Positions 7,713-15,339 of a stretch of DNA of 32,000 nt are shown here, in pieces. A program made the translations under genes and the position numbers. This DNA comes from Ktedonobacterales bacterium (lineage in GTDB: Bacteria > Chloroflexota > Ktedonobacteria > Ktedonobacterales > JADMIN01): assembly GCA_030167145.1 (NCBI GenBank), contig CP126532.1, forward strand, positions 3,240,001-3,272,000, read 5' to 3'. Under the pieces are notes generated by a model. The model worked only from the letters and a program-made list of their open reading frames with translations. It searched no databases and was not told where the DNA came from. Within the stretch, counting starts at the first letter, position 1, and each line of letters starts with the position of its first letter.

Positions 7713-7800
7713 GGCCACATCGGCCACATCGGCCACATCGGCCACATCGGCCACATCGGCCACATCGGCCACATCGGCCACATCGGCCACATCGGCCACC
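7713..7800. repeat. tandem repeat (GGCCACATC) x9 perfect copies plus a partial copy
   Basis: Nine perfect 9-bp units span 7713-7793, followed by GGCCACC. This repeat explains the GHIGHIG / RPHRPH / ATSATS peptides in the ORF track. Confidence 0.95.
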
Positions 7801-7905
7801 ATCGCCTATCCAGGATTACCCGTGGGTCTTCAGCCCACGTCCTCGCCTTACGGCCCGGCGCGTCCATCCTGGCATTCATGCCCCGCGCCTGTGCTCCGGC
7901 CATGT

Positions 7906-7941
7906 ATGGCCGAGACCATGGCCGAGAGCATGGCCGAGAGC
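7906..7941. repeat. tandem 12-mer ATGGCCGAGAGC x3, abutting the palindrome CGGCCAT-GT-ATGGCCG
   Basis: ATGGCCGAGACC, ATGGCCGAGAGC, ATGGCCGAGAGC. The palindrome lies at 7897-7912. Confidence 0.9.
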
Positions 7942-8064
7942 GCCCGCCACAGCGCGAGTGATATACTCGAATACTGGCTCTTTATTGCCGCCGCCACCAC
8001 CAGCACGACTACATTCAGTAGTAGAGCGCCGCGCGCCAACACATCATCCACGGAGGAGGAAGAT

Positions 8065-9291
8065 ATGCCGCACCGCCCACATGAAGGCCCTGCCCGCGAC
8101 CAAAGCGACAGCCAAAGCGACAGCCAAAGCGACAGCCAAACCGAGACTGACGCCTCAGGCGCCAACGGCGACTACCTCAGCGGCGAGCGCATCGTGCCCC
8201 GCCATATTGCGCCAGACATCACCGTCGCCGACCTGCTCGATGGCTCCTTCCAGGCCTACAATGCCGGCCGCATCAACGAAGCTGCGCGGCTCTATGCTCA
8301 GCAAATGCTCGACCCCGAACAAGACGTCACCATCTGCCTCACCATCGCCGGCGCGATGACCCCGGCAGGCGTCGGCGGCAGCATCATCACCCTCATGGAG
8401 CGCGGCGCGATAGACTTCATGGTCAGCACCGGTGCCAACCTCTACCACGACATCCACCACGCGCTCGATTACGCCCTGCGGCGCGGCACCTTCCAACTCA
8501 GCGATACCGTCCTGCACGATGCCGGCGTCATCCGCATCTACGACGTGCTCTTCGCCGACGCCGTGCTGCTCGATACCGACCGTTTCCTGCGCGAGATATT
8601 CAAGACCTTCCCGCAGCGGCCCATGTCCACCGCCGAACTGCATTATCACATCGGCATGAGCCTGCTCGAACTTGGTGTAGACCCCGAACACTCCGTGCTG
8701 GCCATGGCCGCCAAATGGAACGTTCCCATCTACACCTCCTCCCCTGGCGACTCCTCCATCGGCATGAACCTCGCGCGACATCAACTCGATGGCTACGCCC
8801 TCACCATAGATCCGCTCTACGACGTGCATGAAACCACCGCCATCGTCCATGCCGCCACGCGCAACGGCGTCATCATCCTTGGCGGCGGCTCCCCCAAAAA
8901 CTTCTACCTGCAAACCCAGCCGCAACTCTGGGAGGTGCTCGGCATCAACAAAGGTGGCCACGACTACTTCATCCAGATCACCCAAGATGCCCCCCACTGG
9001 GGCGGCCTCTCCGGCGCGACTCCCTCCGAAGCCGTCTCCTGGGGCAAGATCAAGCCCGACATGCTGCGCGACACCGTCGTCGTCTACGCCGACACCACCA
9101 TCGCCTTCCCGCTGATCGCCGCCTACGCCGTCACCCGCGCCGCCCCGCGTCCGCGCCGCGAACTCTATACCCGCCGCGACGACCTGCTCGCCGCGCTGCG
9201 CGAAGGCTATCGCCAGGGCGCGGGCAGCATCGCCGCCACCGCCCAAATCGAAGAAACCGCCGAAAACGTCGCCATAGACCGCGACCGTTGA
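8065..9291 (+). CDS. deoxyhypusine synthase-like (DHS / homospermidine synthase family) protein
   Basis: C-terminal 408 aa of ORF 7225..9291. ATG 8065 follows GGAGGAGGAAG. DHS-like blocks: ICLTIAGAMTPAGVGG, DFMVSTGANLYHD, ILGGGSPKNF, WGGLSGATPSEAVSWGK. The N-terminus carries (SDSQ)x3 from a 12-nt tandem repeat at 8101-8136. Confidence 0.8.
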   Translation: MPHRPHEGPARDQSDSQSDSQSDSQTETDASGANGDYLSGERIVPRHIAPDITVADLLDGSFQAYNAGRINEAARLYAQQMLDPEQDVTICLTIAGAMTPAGVGGSIITLMERGAIDFMVSTGANLYHDIHHALDYALRRGTFQLSDTVLHDAGVIRIYDVLFADAVLLDTDRFLREIFKTFPQRPMSTAELHYHIGMSLLELGVDPEHSVLAMAAKWNVPIYTSSPGDSSIGMNLARHQLDGYALTIDPLYDVHETTAIVHAATRNGVIILGGGSPKNFYLQTQPQLWEVLGINKGGHDYFIQITQDAPHWGGLSGATPSEAVSWGKIKPDMLRDTVVVYADTTIAFPLIAAYAVTRAAPRPRRELYTRRDDLLAALREGYRQGAGSIAATAQIEETAENVAIDRDR

Positions 9292-9336
9292 CTATCTCTA
9301 TCAACCTGTGCCAATTCCCGCGAAAGGAGCGGAACC

Positions 9337-10383
9337 ATGCGTGACGTAGTAGATGACATCGAACGATGGCGAGCCTCTGGCGAGCGGGTCGCGCTGGCCA
9401 CCGTCGTCTCCGTCACCGGATCCGCGCCGCGCGGCATCGGAGCCATGCTTGCCGTCAGCGAGGGCGGCGAGATCAGCGGCTCCGTCAGCGGCGGCTGCGT
9501 CGAACCTGCCGTTATTGAAGAAGAACTGCGCACGCTGCGCGCCAGCCCTCCCAAGCTACTCCAGTTCGGCATCACCGAAGAACAGAACGTCGAACGCATC
9601 GGCCTCTCCTGCGGCGGCGAGATTCGCGTCTTCGTCGAGCGCATGGACGACGCCCACGAAGCGCTCGCGCAAGCGGTCCGCGCTGGGCAGCCAGCGGCCC
9701 TGGCGACGGTCATCGCCAGCGACTCTCCCCAGTTCTTGGGCAGAAAGCTGCTGGTGCGCGAGGACGGCCAGACACTCGGCAGCCTGGGCGAGCCATCGCT
9801 CGATGCCCTGGCCCTGGCGGACGCCACCGTCATGCTGCGCCAGGGTGCGTCCGGCACGCGACAATATCCGTCAGAATCCGGGCAATGCGAGATCTTTATT
9901 GACGTCCACGCGCCGCCACCTACCCTCATCATCGTCGGCGCGGGCCACGTCTCGATTCCCCTGGCGAAGCTGGCCAAGGTGCTCGGCTATCACGTCGTCG
10001 TCGTGGATGCTCGCGAAGCCTTCGCCACCCGCGAACGCCTGCCCGACGCCGACGAGCTGCTCGTCGAATGGCCCGACGAAGTGCTCGCGCGTCTGCCGCT
10101 CACCAGGGCCACCGCCATCGCCGTGCTCACCCACGACGACAAATTCGACGTGCCCGCGCTCGCCGTCGCGCTGCGCTCTAATGTCAGCTATGTCGGTGCC
10201 ATCGGCAGCCGTAGCACCCGTGAGCGGCGCGACGCGCGCCTGCGCGAAGCTGGCGTCACCGACGAGCAGATCGCCCGCATCCACGGCCCTATCGGCCTCG
10301 ACCTCGGCGCGCGTGTACCCGAAGAAATCGCGCTCGCTATCCTTGCCCAAATCGTCGCCGTCCGCAATGGGCGTGTCCCATGA
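9337..10383 (+). CDS. XdhC/CoxI family accessory protein (XdhC_CoxI N-domain plus Rossmann-like C-domain)
   Basis: N-terminus ...VALATVVSVTGSAPRGIGAMLAV...GSVSGGCVE. C-terminal half LIIVGAGHVSIPLAKLAKVLGYHVVVVD...YVGAIGSR. AAAGGAG precedes the ATG. Confidence 0.85.
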   Translation: MRDVVDDIERWRASGERVALATVVSVTGSAPRGIGAMLAVSEGGEISGSVSGGCVEPAVIEEELRTLRASPPKLLQFGITEEQNVERIGLSCGGEIRVFVERMDDAHEALAQAVRAGQPAALATVIASDSPQFLGRKLLVREDGQTLGSLGEPSLDALALADATVMLRQGASGTRQYPSESGQCEIFIDVHAPPPTLIIVGAGHVSIPLAKLAKVLGYHVVVVDAREAFATRERLPDADELLVEWPDEVLARLPLTRATAIAVLTHDDKFDVPALAVALRSNVSYVGAIGSRSTRERRDARLREAGVTDEQIARIHGPIGLDLGARVPEEIALAILAQIVAVRNGRVP

Positions 10384-10401
10384 TATACGCGCTGCCGGTG
10401 C

Positions 10402-10430
10402 TTGACCGCTCGCCACGGCTGTGATACGGT
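10402..10430 (+). promoter_or_regulatory. weak promoter candidate TTGACC-17 nt-TACGGT
   Basis: TTGACC at 10402-10407, a 17-nt spacer, TACGGT at 10425-10430, upstream of the small ORF at 10505. Confidence 0.25.
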
Positions 10431-10504
10431 AAGGTAAGCTGCGCGTACTAGAGCATTCCGCGCCAGGCGGTGCGCACATACCCGCGTCGCGCCGGAGGAG
10501 AGAC

Positions 10505-10795
10505 ATGGCAAAGCCCGTTACCAAGCGGCAACTCTTGGAAATACAGATCAAGACCTACGAATTCTACGCCGGTTTGATTGGCCGCGCCGTCGGCAGTGTG
10601 CAGGCTGGCGGCGCGCGTCTGCCCAAGTGGGACGACCAACGTGCCCTGGAATATCGCCAGCTCGCCGATGAACTGCGCGCCCAACTCGCGACACTCTCGC
10701 CCGAAGAATTGGACGCCCCCGCCGTGGACCCCGGCGTGACAGCGGTCATCGAGAGCGCCACCGGTGGCGGTGGCGGTGGTGTTGCTCCGGAGTAA
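10505..10795 (+). CDS. hypothetical small protein (96 aa, helical N-terminus, Gly-rich C-terminus)
   Basis: GGAGGAGAGAC directly precedes ATG 10505. Codon usage is high-GC. I recognise no family. Confidence 0.5.
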   Translation: MAKPVTKRQLLEIQIKTYEFYAGLIGRAVGSVQAGGARLPKWDDQRALEYRQLADELRAQLATLSPEELDAPAVDPGVTAVIESATGGGGGGVAPE

Positions 10796-10807
10796 GTCTA
10801 CCGTGCG

Positions 10808-10888
10808 CGCCCATCCTGGCATTCATGCTTGGCTCCTGTGTTCTGGCCATTCATGGCTGAGAGCACAGACATGGCCGAGAGCACAGAC
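10808..10888. repeat. M5-type palindromic repeat block (third locus) with tandem 18-mer ATGGCyGAGAGCACAGAC x2
   Basis: CCATCCTGGCATTCATGC...CCTGTGTTCTGGCCAT-TC-ATGGCTGAGAGC aligns at about 80% with 7862-7917. The 18-mers lie at 10853-10870 and 10871-10888. Confidence 0.8.
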
Positions 10889-11280
10889 AAATGGGCATGC
10901 GTTCTCGCTATTTCTTGACAGGTGTGTTAATGTAGCCACGATGATGTTTACGCGGTTCGCTTCAATAAGCGCGCCTCGTGGCAGCGCCATTCTGTGGCGG
11001 CGGCACAAGTCCAGCCTGAGAATCGGCTGCGGAATGGCATCGCGACAACCCACAATGGTGTGGCATCTCTTCTCTCCAATTGTTGGAGCCGGGGCCAGAG
11101 CCGCGCAATGAAGCGCCGCCGGAAGAGCCTGTGACAGCACAACTTGCGGCGCGCAATCATACGTGGATATCTATTCCCCCGGACGCGCAACCCAGTGGCG
11201 GATGATGTGTGGTTGGTAGGTGCTGGCATGAGTTGGCACGAGCGTATGGCTCTGATGTTGGATACAGGGAGTGTGATACG

Positions 11281-12051
11281 ATGGCCGCCCAATTTCTCAC
11301 GACGAGCAAACTCAACAACATCATAAGCATGATCTCTTTGGGCAGGCAAAGCGGTATCCTCAGAGTGATCCGTGGGCAAGGGCCAACACGAGAGATCGGG
11401 CAGATCAAATTTTCGGCAGGCGAGCCGGTCTCCGCGCTGTTGGGCCAGATGACCGGCGCAAATGCGATGACCGTCCTCAACAACTGGGGCGAATGCATCT
11501 ACGCCTTCGATGAGCAGGCCATCACCGATGCCGGTGAAGGCGAGATCTATGCTTCTGACCCTGGACGTTTCTCGCCCACCAGTGGCATCACCAGTGGCTC
11601 CTGGCCCACCTACATGTTCCCTGATGGCGCCCTTCCACAGTCGCCCTCCACCTCATACCCCTCAGGCTCCTATCCTACGCAAAACAGCGGCAGCATGCCA
11701 CCAGGCTACGCCGGCGGCTACAACGCGCCACCACCCAACAACGCCACCAGCGGTCCCGGTCGCGATACGCAATATAATATGAGTCGCCAGTACACGATGT
11801 CAGGCGTGCCGGTGCCGCAAGTCAGCGAGACCATTAGTCCCGAACTAATGGCGGCGTGCCCCCAGCGTACAATACTCTCGGAACAGGTGGAACAGCTTCC
11901 GTTGGATCGGCGCGAGCGCATGGTGCTGCTGCTAGTAGATGGCCGCCGGTCACTATCCGATCTGGCACGGCTGACCCGGCGCAACGAGCGCGAAGTCCTG
12001 GCCGTACTGGATCATATGGCGGGCCTCGGCCTGATCCATTTCAATGGCTGA
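11281..12051 (+). CDS. DUF4388 (PATAN) domain protein with a low-complexity linker and a C-terminal wHTH-like region
   Basis: N-terminus LNNIISMISLGRQSGILRVIRG...GQIKFSAGEPVSA...NWGECIYAF fits the DUF4388 pattern. A P/S/G/Y-rich linker follows. C-terminus RMVLLLVDGRRSLSDLARLT. Start moved from 11209 to ATG 11281. Confidence 0.7.
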   Translation: MAAQFLTTSKLNNIISMISLGRQSGILRVIRGQGPTREIGQIKFSAGEPVSALLGQMTGANAMTVLNNWGECIYAFDEQAITDAGEGEIYASDPGRFSPTSGITSGSWPTYMFPDGALPQSPSTSYPSGSYPTQNSGSMPPGYAGGYNAPPPNNATSGPGRDTQYNMSRQYTMSGVPVPQVSETISPELMAACPQRTILSEQVEQLPLDRRERMVLLLVDGRRSLSDLARLTRRNEREVLAVLDHMAGLGLIHFNG

Positions 12052-12232
12052 GCCATGGCCGCCATCAAGGGTATCATCATACGAGATAGTACAGAACGTA
12101 TGCGCTGTATCAAATGTGAGGCAAAGCGCGTTCTGAATGAACAAGGATATCAAAGCGCGCACGATTGGGTGACGCAGGTGGAGAGGGCAATGCAAGCAGT
12201 GATCCCAGGCGAAAGTAGGAGGGTGTGCCAAG

Positions 12233-14173
12233 ATGTTTCCTAGATGGCGGCGTCTGGGCATTCGCCCACAGCTAACATTCATCGTGATCCTGGGAGCGAT
12301 CTTGAGCACTGTCGCTACCCTTTTCATCGCTGATAACGCAATTCAGAACTATGTGCTGGACCAGGCTCGAACCCAGGAACAGCAAAACATGAATATCATG
12401 CGGCTGGTATTGGAAACGCAGTACGGGCCGAATATCTCCATCGCCCATGACAACACCATGGTGGTTGACCAACCGAGCACCAGCCAGGGCACGTTTAGCT
12501 GCAATCCTAATGCCGCGCCGTCCACCCCCTGTTATGGGCGCTACGTACTCAACAACGATACCGACCTTGTTGACAACGTCCAGAATCTGATCGGCGGCAA
12601 CGTCTCGATCTTCCAATGCGCCAACGCCACCGGCAGCACCACCGGCTGCCTGCGCATTGCCACCACCTTTGGCAAAGGCAACTCCTCAGCAGGCACGTCC
12701 ACGCGCGCAACCGGTCAGCAATTGTGCCAGAGCGTCGCGCGCAATATGAACCTGGATGGCACACCGCGTGCCTGGCTTGGCACTGATACCTGCGATGGCG
12801 CGGCCTATTTCGCGAACTATGCCCCGCTCTTCAACCCCCAGGGCCAGTTTATCGGCGTGCTCTATGTCGGTGTTCCGCTCGACGTCATCACCACCGTCGT
12901 CAGCCGCACGACCATCGAACTGGTGGTCATCGGCTCGATCATCATGATCGCCGGAATCATCTTCGCGCTCTTCTTTGCTAACACCATCGTTGGCACACTC
13001 CAACGCGCCGCGCGACAAATCAGCGGCGCCTCCGAGCGCATGGGCGGCATCGCCGCACAGCAATCCAGTGGCGCGGCGCAGCAGGTCTGGGCCATCAACG
13101 CCATCAATCAGGCGCTCCAGAACTTCTCAGAGACCGCCAAAGATATCTCACATCGCACCGACCAGCTTGCGTTGATGGGCAATCAAGTCTTGCAGCGCCG
13201 CGCCGAGATCTCGCCCGCGCAGATAGACTCGATCCTCGCCTACATCACCCGTTCCGTGCGCGACATCAGCGTCGCCAGCAAGCAACAGTCAGTGCAGTAT
13301 GAGCGTATGACTGGGGCCATGCAGGCGGTCATCGAGATCGCCGAGCAGGTCGCGGGCAACTCGCAGCAAGCCTCTGAAAGCTCAGAGCGGCTGGAGTTGG
13401 TCGTCCGGCAGATGCGGCAGTTGGTGGGTGTGCGCCTGGGTGCGCGCAAGACCACCGAAGATGCCATGGCGATGGAACTGGCGGCAGAGATTGGCGCGCG
13501 GGCTGGTATCGGCGCCAACAGCCAGAACGACATGCGCGATGGCAAGCGTGCCCGCAGCCCCTTGCGCCGCAATGCTTCTGGCCCGGCAACGGGTGGCAAC
13601 GGTATGGGCAATCCCATGGGCGGCCCCGGTCAGATGATGTTCCCCGATGCGAGCGGCGTCGTCAACATGGGCGCCATGGGCGGTATGGGCAACATGAACA
13701 GCGCCGGGAATATGGGCGGCATGGGCAACATGGGTGGTATGGGTATGATGCCGCCGATGTCCGGCCCAATGCGAGACGCCGGTGGCCAGCGGCAAGACCG
13801 TGGCCTTATGCCCGCTCCGGTCGGCAATGGGTACGCTGGCGGCGGTGGCATGCCGAATATGCAGCCACCTAATAGCGGTCGTTTTGCCCCGCGTCCCGGC
13901 GGCGCGAATGGCATGCGCCCCGCGCCGAACGGCGGTGGCATGGGCAACTATGGGTATCAGCCCGGCGCGGCGCCTGGTGAGAACCCCTTCGCTGGCGGCG
14001 AAGATTGGCGATTGCCGCCATTGCCTCAGATGCCGCAATGGGGCGATAACAATGGACGCATGGGCGGTCCAAGCCAGGGATCGCGCGGCGGATGGGACCG
14101 CGATGGGCGCTCGTATGGCGGGCAAGATGCGTCGTATGATGGCGAGGGCTGGCCGCGCCTCCGAGGCGAATAG
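12233..14173 (+). CDS. transmembrane Cache-type sensor with a short, degenerate MCP-like coiled coil and a Gly/Met/Pro/Asn-rich tail of about 200 aa
   Basis: TM1 LTFIVILGAILSTVATLFI. Periplasmic sCache-like block VLNNDTDLVDNVQNLIGGNVSIFQ...YFANYAPLFNPQGQFIGVLYVGVP. TM2 IELVVIGSIIMIAGIIFALFF. MCP-like heptads follow (AAQQSSGAAQQV..., SKQQSVQYERMTGAMQAVIEIAEQVAGNSQQASESSERL), but the conserved tip EAARAGE-GRGFAVVA is absent. The tail (13580-14170) reads GGMGNMNSAGNMGGMGNMGGMGMMPPM. Confidence 0.7.
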   Translation: MFPRWRRLGIRPQLTFIVILGAILSTVATLFIADNAIQNYVLDQARTQEQQNMNIMRLVLETQYGPNISIAHDNTMVVDQPSTSQGTFSCNPNAAPSTPCYGRYVLNNDTDLVDNVQNLIGGNVSIFQCANATGSTTGCLRIATTFGKGNSSAGTSTRATGQQLCQSVARNMNLDGTPRAWLGTDTCDGAAYFANYAPLFNPQGQFIGVLYVGVPLDVITTVVSRTTIELVVIGSIIMIAGIIFALFFANTIVGTLQRAARQISGASERMGGIAAQQSSGAAQQVWAINAINQALQNFSETAKDISHRTDQLALMGNQVLQRRAEISPAQIDSILAYITRSVRDISVASKQQSVQYERMTGAMQAVIEIAEQVAGNSQQASESSERLELVVRQMRQLVGVRLGARKTTEDAMAMELAAEIGARAGIGANSQNDMRDGKRARSPLRRNASGPATGGNGMGNPMGGPGQMMFPDASGVVNMGAMGGMGNMNSAGNMGGMGNMGGMGMMPPMSGPMRDAGGQRQDRGLMPAPVGNGYAGGGGMPNMQPPNSGRFAPRPGGANGMRPAPNGGGMGNYGYQPGAAPGENPFAGGEDWRLPPLPQMPQWGDNNGRMGGPSQGSRGGWDRDGRSYGGQDASYDGEGWPRLRGE

Positions 14174-14187
14174 GCGGCGTCACGCGG

Positions 14188-14230
14188 ATGATGAGTCGGG
14201 GTGCCCTACTCCGGCTCATCATGTGCAATT
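14188..14230 (+). terminator. intrinsic-terminator-like hairpin after the MCP-like gene
   Basis: A 12-bp stem, ATGATGAGTCGG (14188-14199) paired with CCGGCTCATCAT (14211-14222, one G-U), encloses an 11-nt loop. The downstream T tract is only weak (GTGCAATTTGG). Confidence 0.4.
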
Positions 14231-14348
14231 TGGTAGTAGACGCCGAACAGGCGATACAATACAATGGCGGCGGTCTCGGAATCTTCCCGTTCATTTTGCC
14301 GCTCCACCCACTAGCCGGCTGATCCTGAAGAAAGGCGGAAGGTAGCCC

Positions 14349-14771
14349 ATGTACGAAGAAGTGATCGCGCAAGTGCCGCTGTTCAGTGGCCTCTCTGACC
14401 GTGAACTGCGTGTGCTCGCGTCCAATTGCCGCGAACGTGACTACGCTGCGGGCGCGGCGCTGCTGCGTCAGGGTGAAACCGGCGTTGGGCTGTTCATCAT
14501 CACCGGCGGTGTGGTGCGGGTGACACAGCAGGCCGACGACGGCAACGTGCGTGACCTTGGTACGTTCGAGCGTGGCGCAGTGCTGGGCGAGATGTCGCTG
14601 CTGGACGACCTGCCGCGCACCGCCACCGTCACCGCGCTCGAACCCGCCCGCGCGCTGGTCATTCCCGTGTGGGACTTCCGCGCCGCGCTGCGCGAGTCGC
14701 CAGAGATCGGCATCAAGCTGCTGGCGGTGATGAGCCAGCGCCTGCGCCAGCACGAGCTACACGATTCTTAG
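14349..14771 (+). CDS. stand-alone cyclic nucleotide-binding (CAP_ED) domain protein
   Basis: GETGVGLFIITGGVVRV...FERGAVLGEMSLLDDLPRTATVTA...LLAVMSQRLR is the classical cNMP-binding fold pattern. No output domain is present (140 aa). Confidence 0.85.
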   Translation: MYEEVIAQVPLFSGLSDRELRVLASNCRERDYAAGAALLRQGETGVGLFIITGGVVRVTQQADDGNVRDLGTFERGAVLGEMSLLDDLPRTATVTALEPARALVIPVWDFRAALRESPEIGIKLLAVMSQRLRQHELHDS

Positions 14772-14803
14772 GCCATCCATCTGCTCTGCTGCTGATGGGA
14801 TGC

Positions 14804-14843
14804 GCGGCTGCTCCTTGCGGGGAGGGCCGCGTTTTCGTCTGTT
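14804..14843 (+). terminator. intrinsic terminator after the cNMP-binding gene
   Basis: The hairpin GCGGC-ug-CUCC [UUGCGG] GGAG-g-GCCGC (14804-14830) is followed by GTTTTCGTCTGTT. Confidence 0.55.
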
Positions 14844-14880
14844 ACGTGGTATGGTGAAGGCGGAATGAAGGAGCCTGCCC

Positions 14881-15339
14881 ATGCGCTTGTTGCCCGATGA
14901 CGCGGGGAAGCCGTACAATCGCCGCGAGCCGATCCCGCTGGAGATGGTTCCCGCTGAGCGGTGCGCTGGGCCGCCGCCGGAAGGGCTGTTGTTGGGTATC
15001 GCGCAGTTCAACCAGCGTGAGTATTTCGAGTGCCACGAGACACTTGAGAACCTCTGGAATGCTGAGCCGGGGCCGGTGCGCACCCTCTACAAGGGCATCT
15101 TGCAGGTTGGTGTCGGCTGCTATCACCTGCTGCGCGGCAATTACCGTGGCGCGGTACTCAAGCTCCAGACGGGCGCAGACTATCTGGGACCGTTCGCGCC
15201 GCGCTGCATGCATGTGGAGGTGGCACGGTTGATCGCCGATGCCCACCGCCTGCGTGGGGCTGTGGTGGCGCTCGGCCCCGAACGCATGACCGAGATTGAT
15301 GTGTCGTTGCTGCCCCGTATCGTGCTTGTCGAATTGTAA
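14881..15339 (+). CDS. DUF309 domain protein
   Basis: FNQREYFECHETLENLW...LYKGILQVGVGCYHLLRGNYRGA matches the DUF309 signature. GAAGGAG lies 8 nt upstream of the ATG. Confidence 0.8.
   Translation: MRLLPDDAGKPYNRREPIPLEMVPAERCAGPPPEGLLLGIAQFNQREYFECHETLENLWNAEPGPVRTLYKGILQVGVGCYHLLRGNYRGAVLKLQTGADYLGPFAPRCMHVEVARLIADAHRLRGAVVALGPERMTEIDVSLLPRIVLVEL

Larger units (their letters stand above)
7170..7945 (+). repeat. repeat island 1: non-coding mosaic of short 9-nt-periodic motifs upstream of the DHS-like gene
   Basis: M1 ATCGGCAGAATCGGCAAC at 7259, 7299, 7438, 7555 and 7663. M2 ATCGGCCAnnTCGGCCAC at about 7179, 7204 and 7397. M3 GCGGCGAAAACGGCGAAAA at 7334 and 7483. M4 hairpin GGCAGACA-TTCC-TGTCTGCC at 7229-7248 and 7688-7707. 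CATTTCCCGT x2 at 7511. GGCCTTCAGGCC-type hairpins. An M5 palindromic block at 7862-7941. Confidence 0.85.

Noticed and set aside
7713-7800. CRISPR array.
   Set aside because: The units are 9 bp and directly abutting, with no spacers. The dispersed doublet motifs are too short and irregularly spaced. No cas genes are present in the window.
6951-8064. Long ORFs across repeat island 1 (6951..7961, 7187..8359, and the first 840 nt of 7225..9291).
   Set aside because: They stay open only because the 9-nt-periodic GC-rich repeats lack stop codons. Their translations are periodic nonsense (GHIGHIG, RPHRPH, ATSATS, KIGRIGN). The DHS homology begins only after ATG 8065, which has a strong GGAGGAGGAAG RBS.
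7078-8064. Insertion sequence, MITE or other mobile element explaining the repeat islands.
   Set aside because: There is no transposase or integrase ORF, no terminal inverted repeats and no target-site duplication that I could find. The islands are mosaics of many short motifs, not one transposable unit.
8155-9246. Antisense shadow ORFs inside high-GC genes. Examples: 8155..9246(-), 2917..3720(+), 13382..14125(-), 13869..14753(-), 16480..17316(+), 17353..17946(+), 22913..23767(+), 24273..25148(+), 25379..26239(+), 27119..27922(+), 29093..29923(+).
   Set aside because: Each lies opposite a gene with clear family motifs. Their products are Arg/Gly/Ala/Pro-rich low-complexity sequences typical of off-frame translation in GC-rich DNA.
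12055-12243. 62-aa ORF between the DUF4388 gene and the MCP-like gene.
   Set aside because: Hand-counted GC is 51% (96/189) with no GC3 bias, unlike neighbouring genes. It overlaps the MCP-like start and RBS and has no recognisable motif. It is more likely the AT-richer promoter/leader region. A real small protein cannot be fully excluded.
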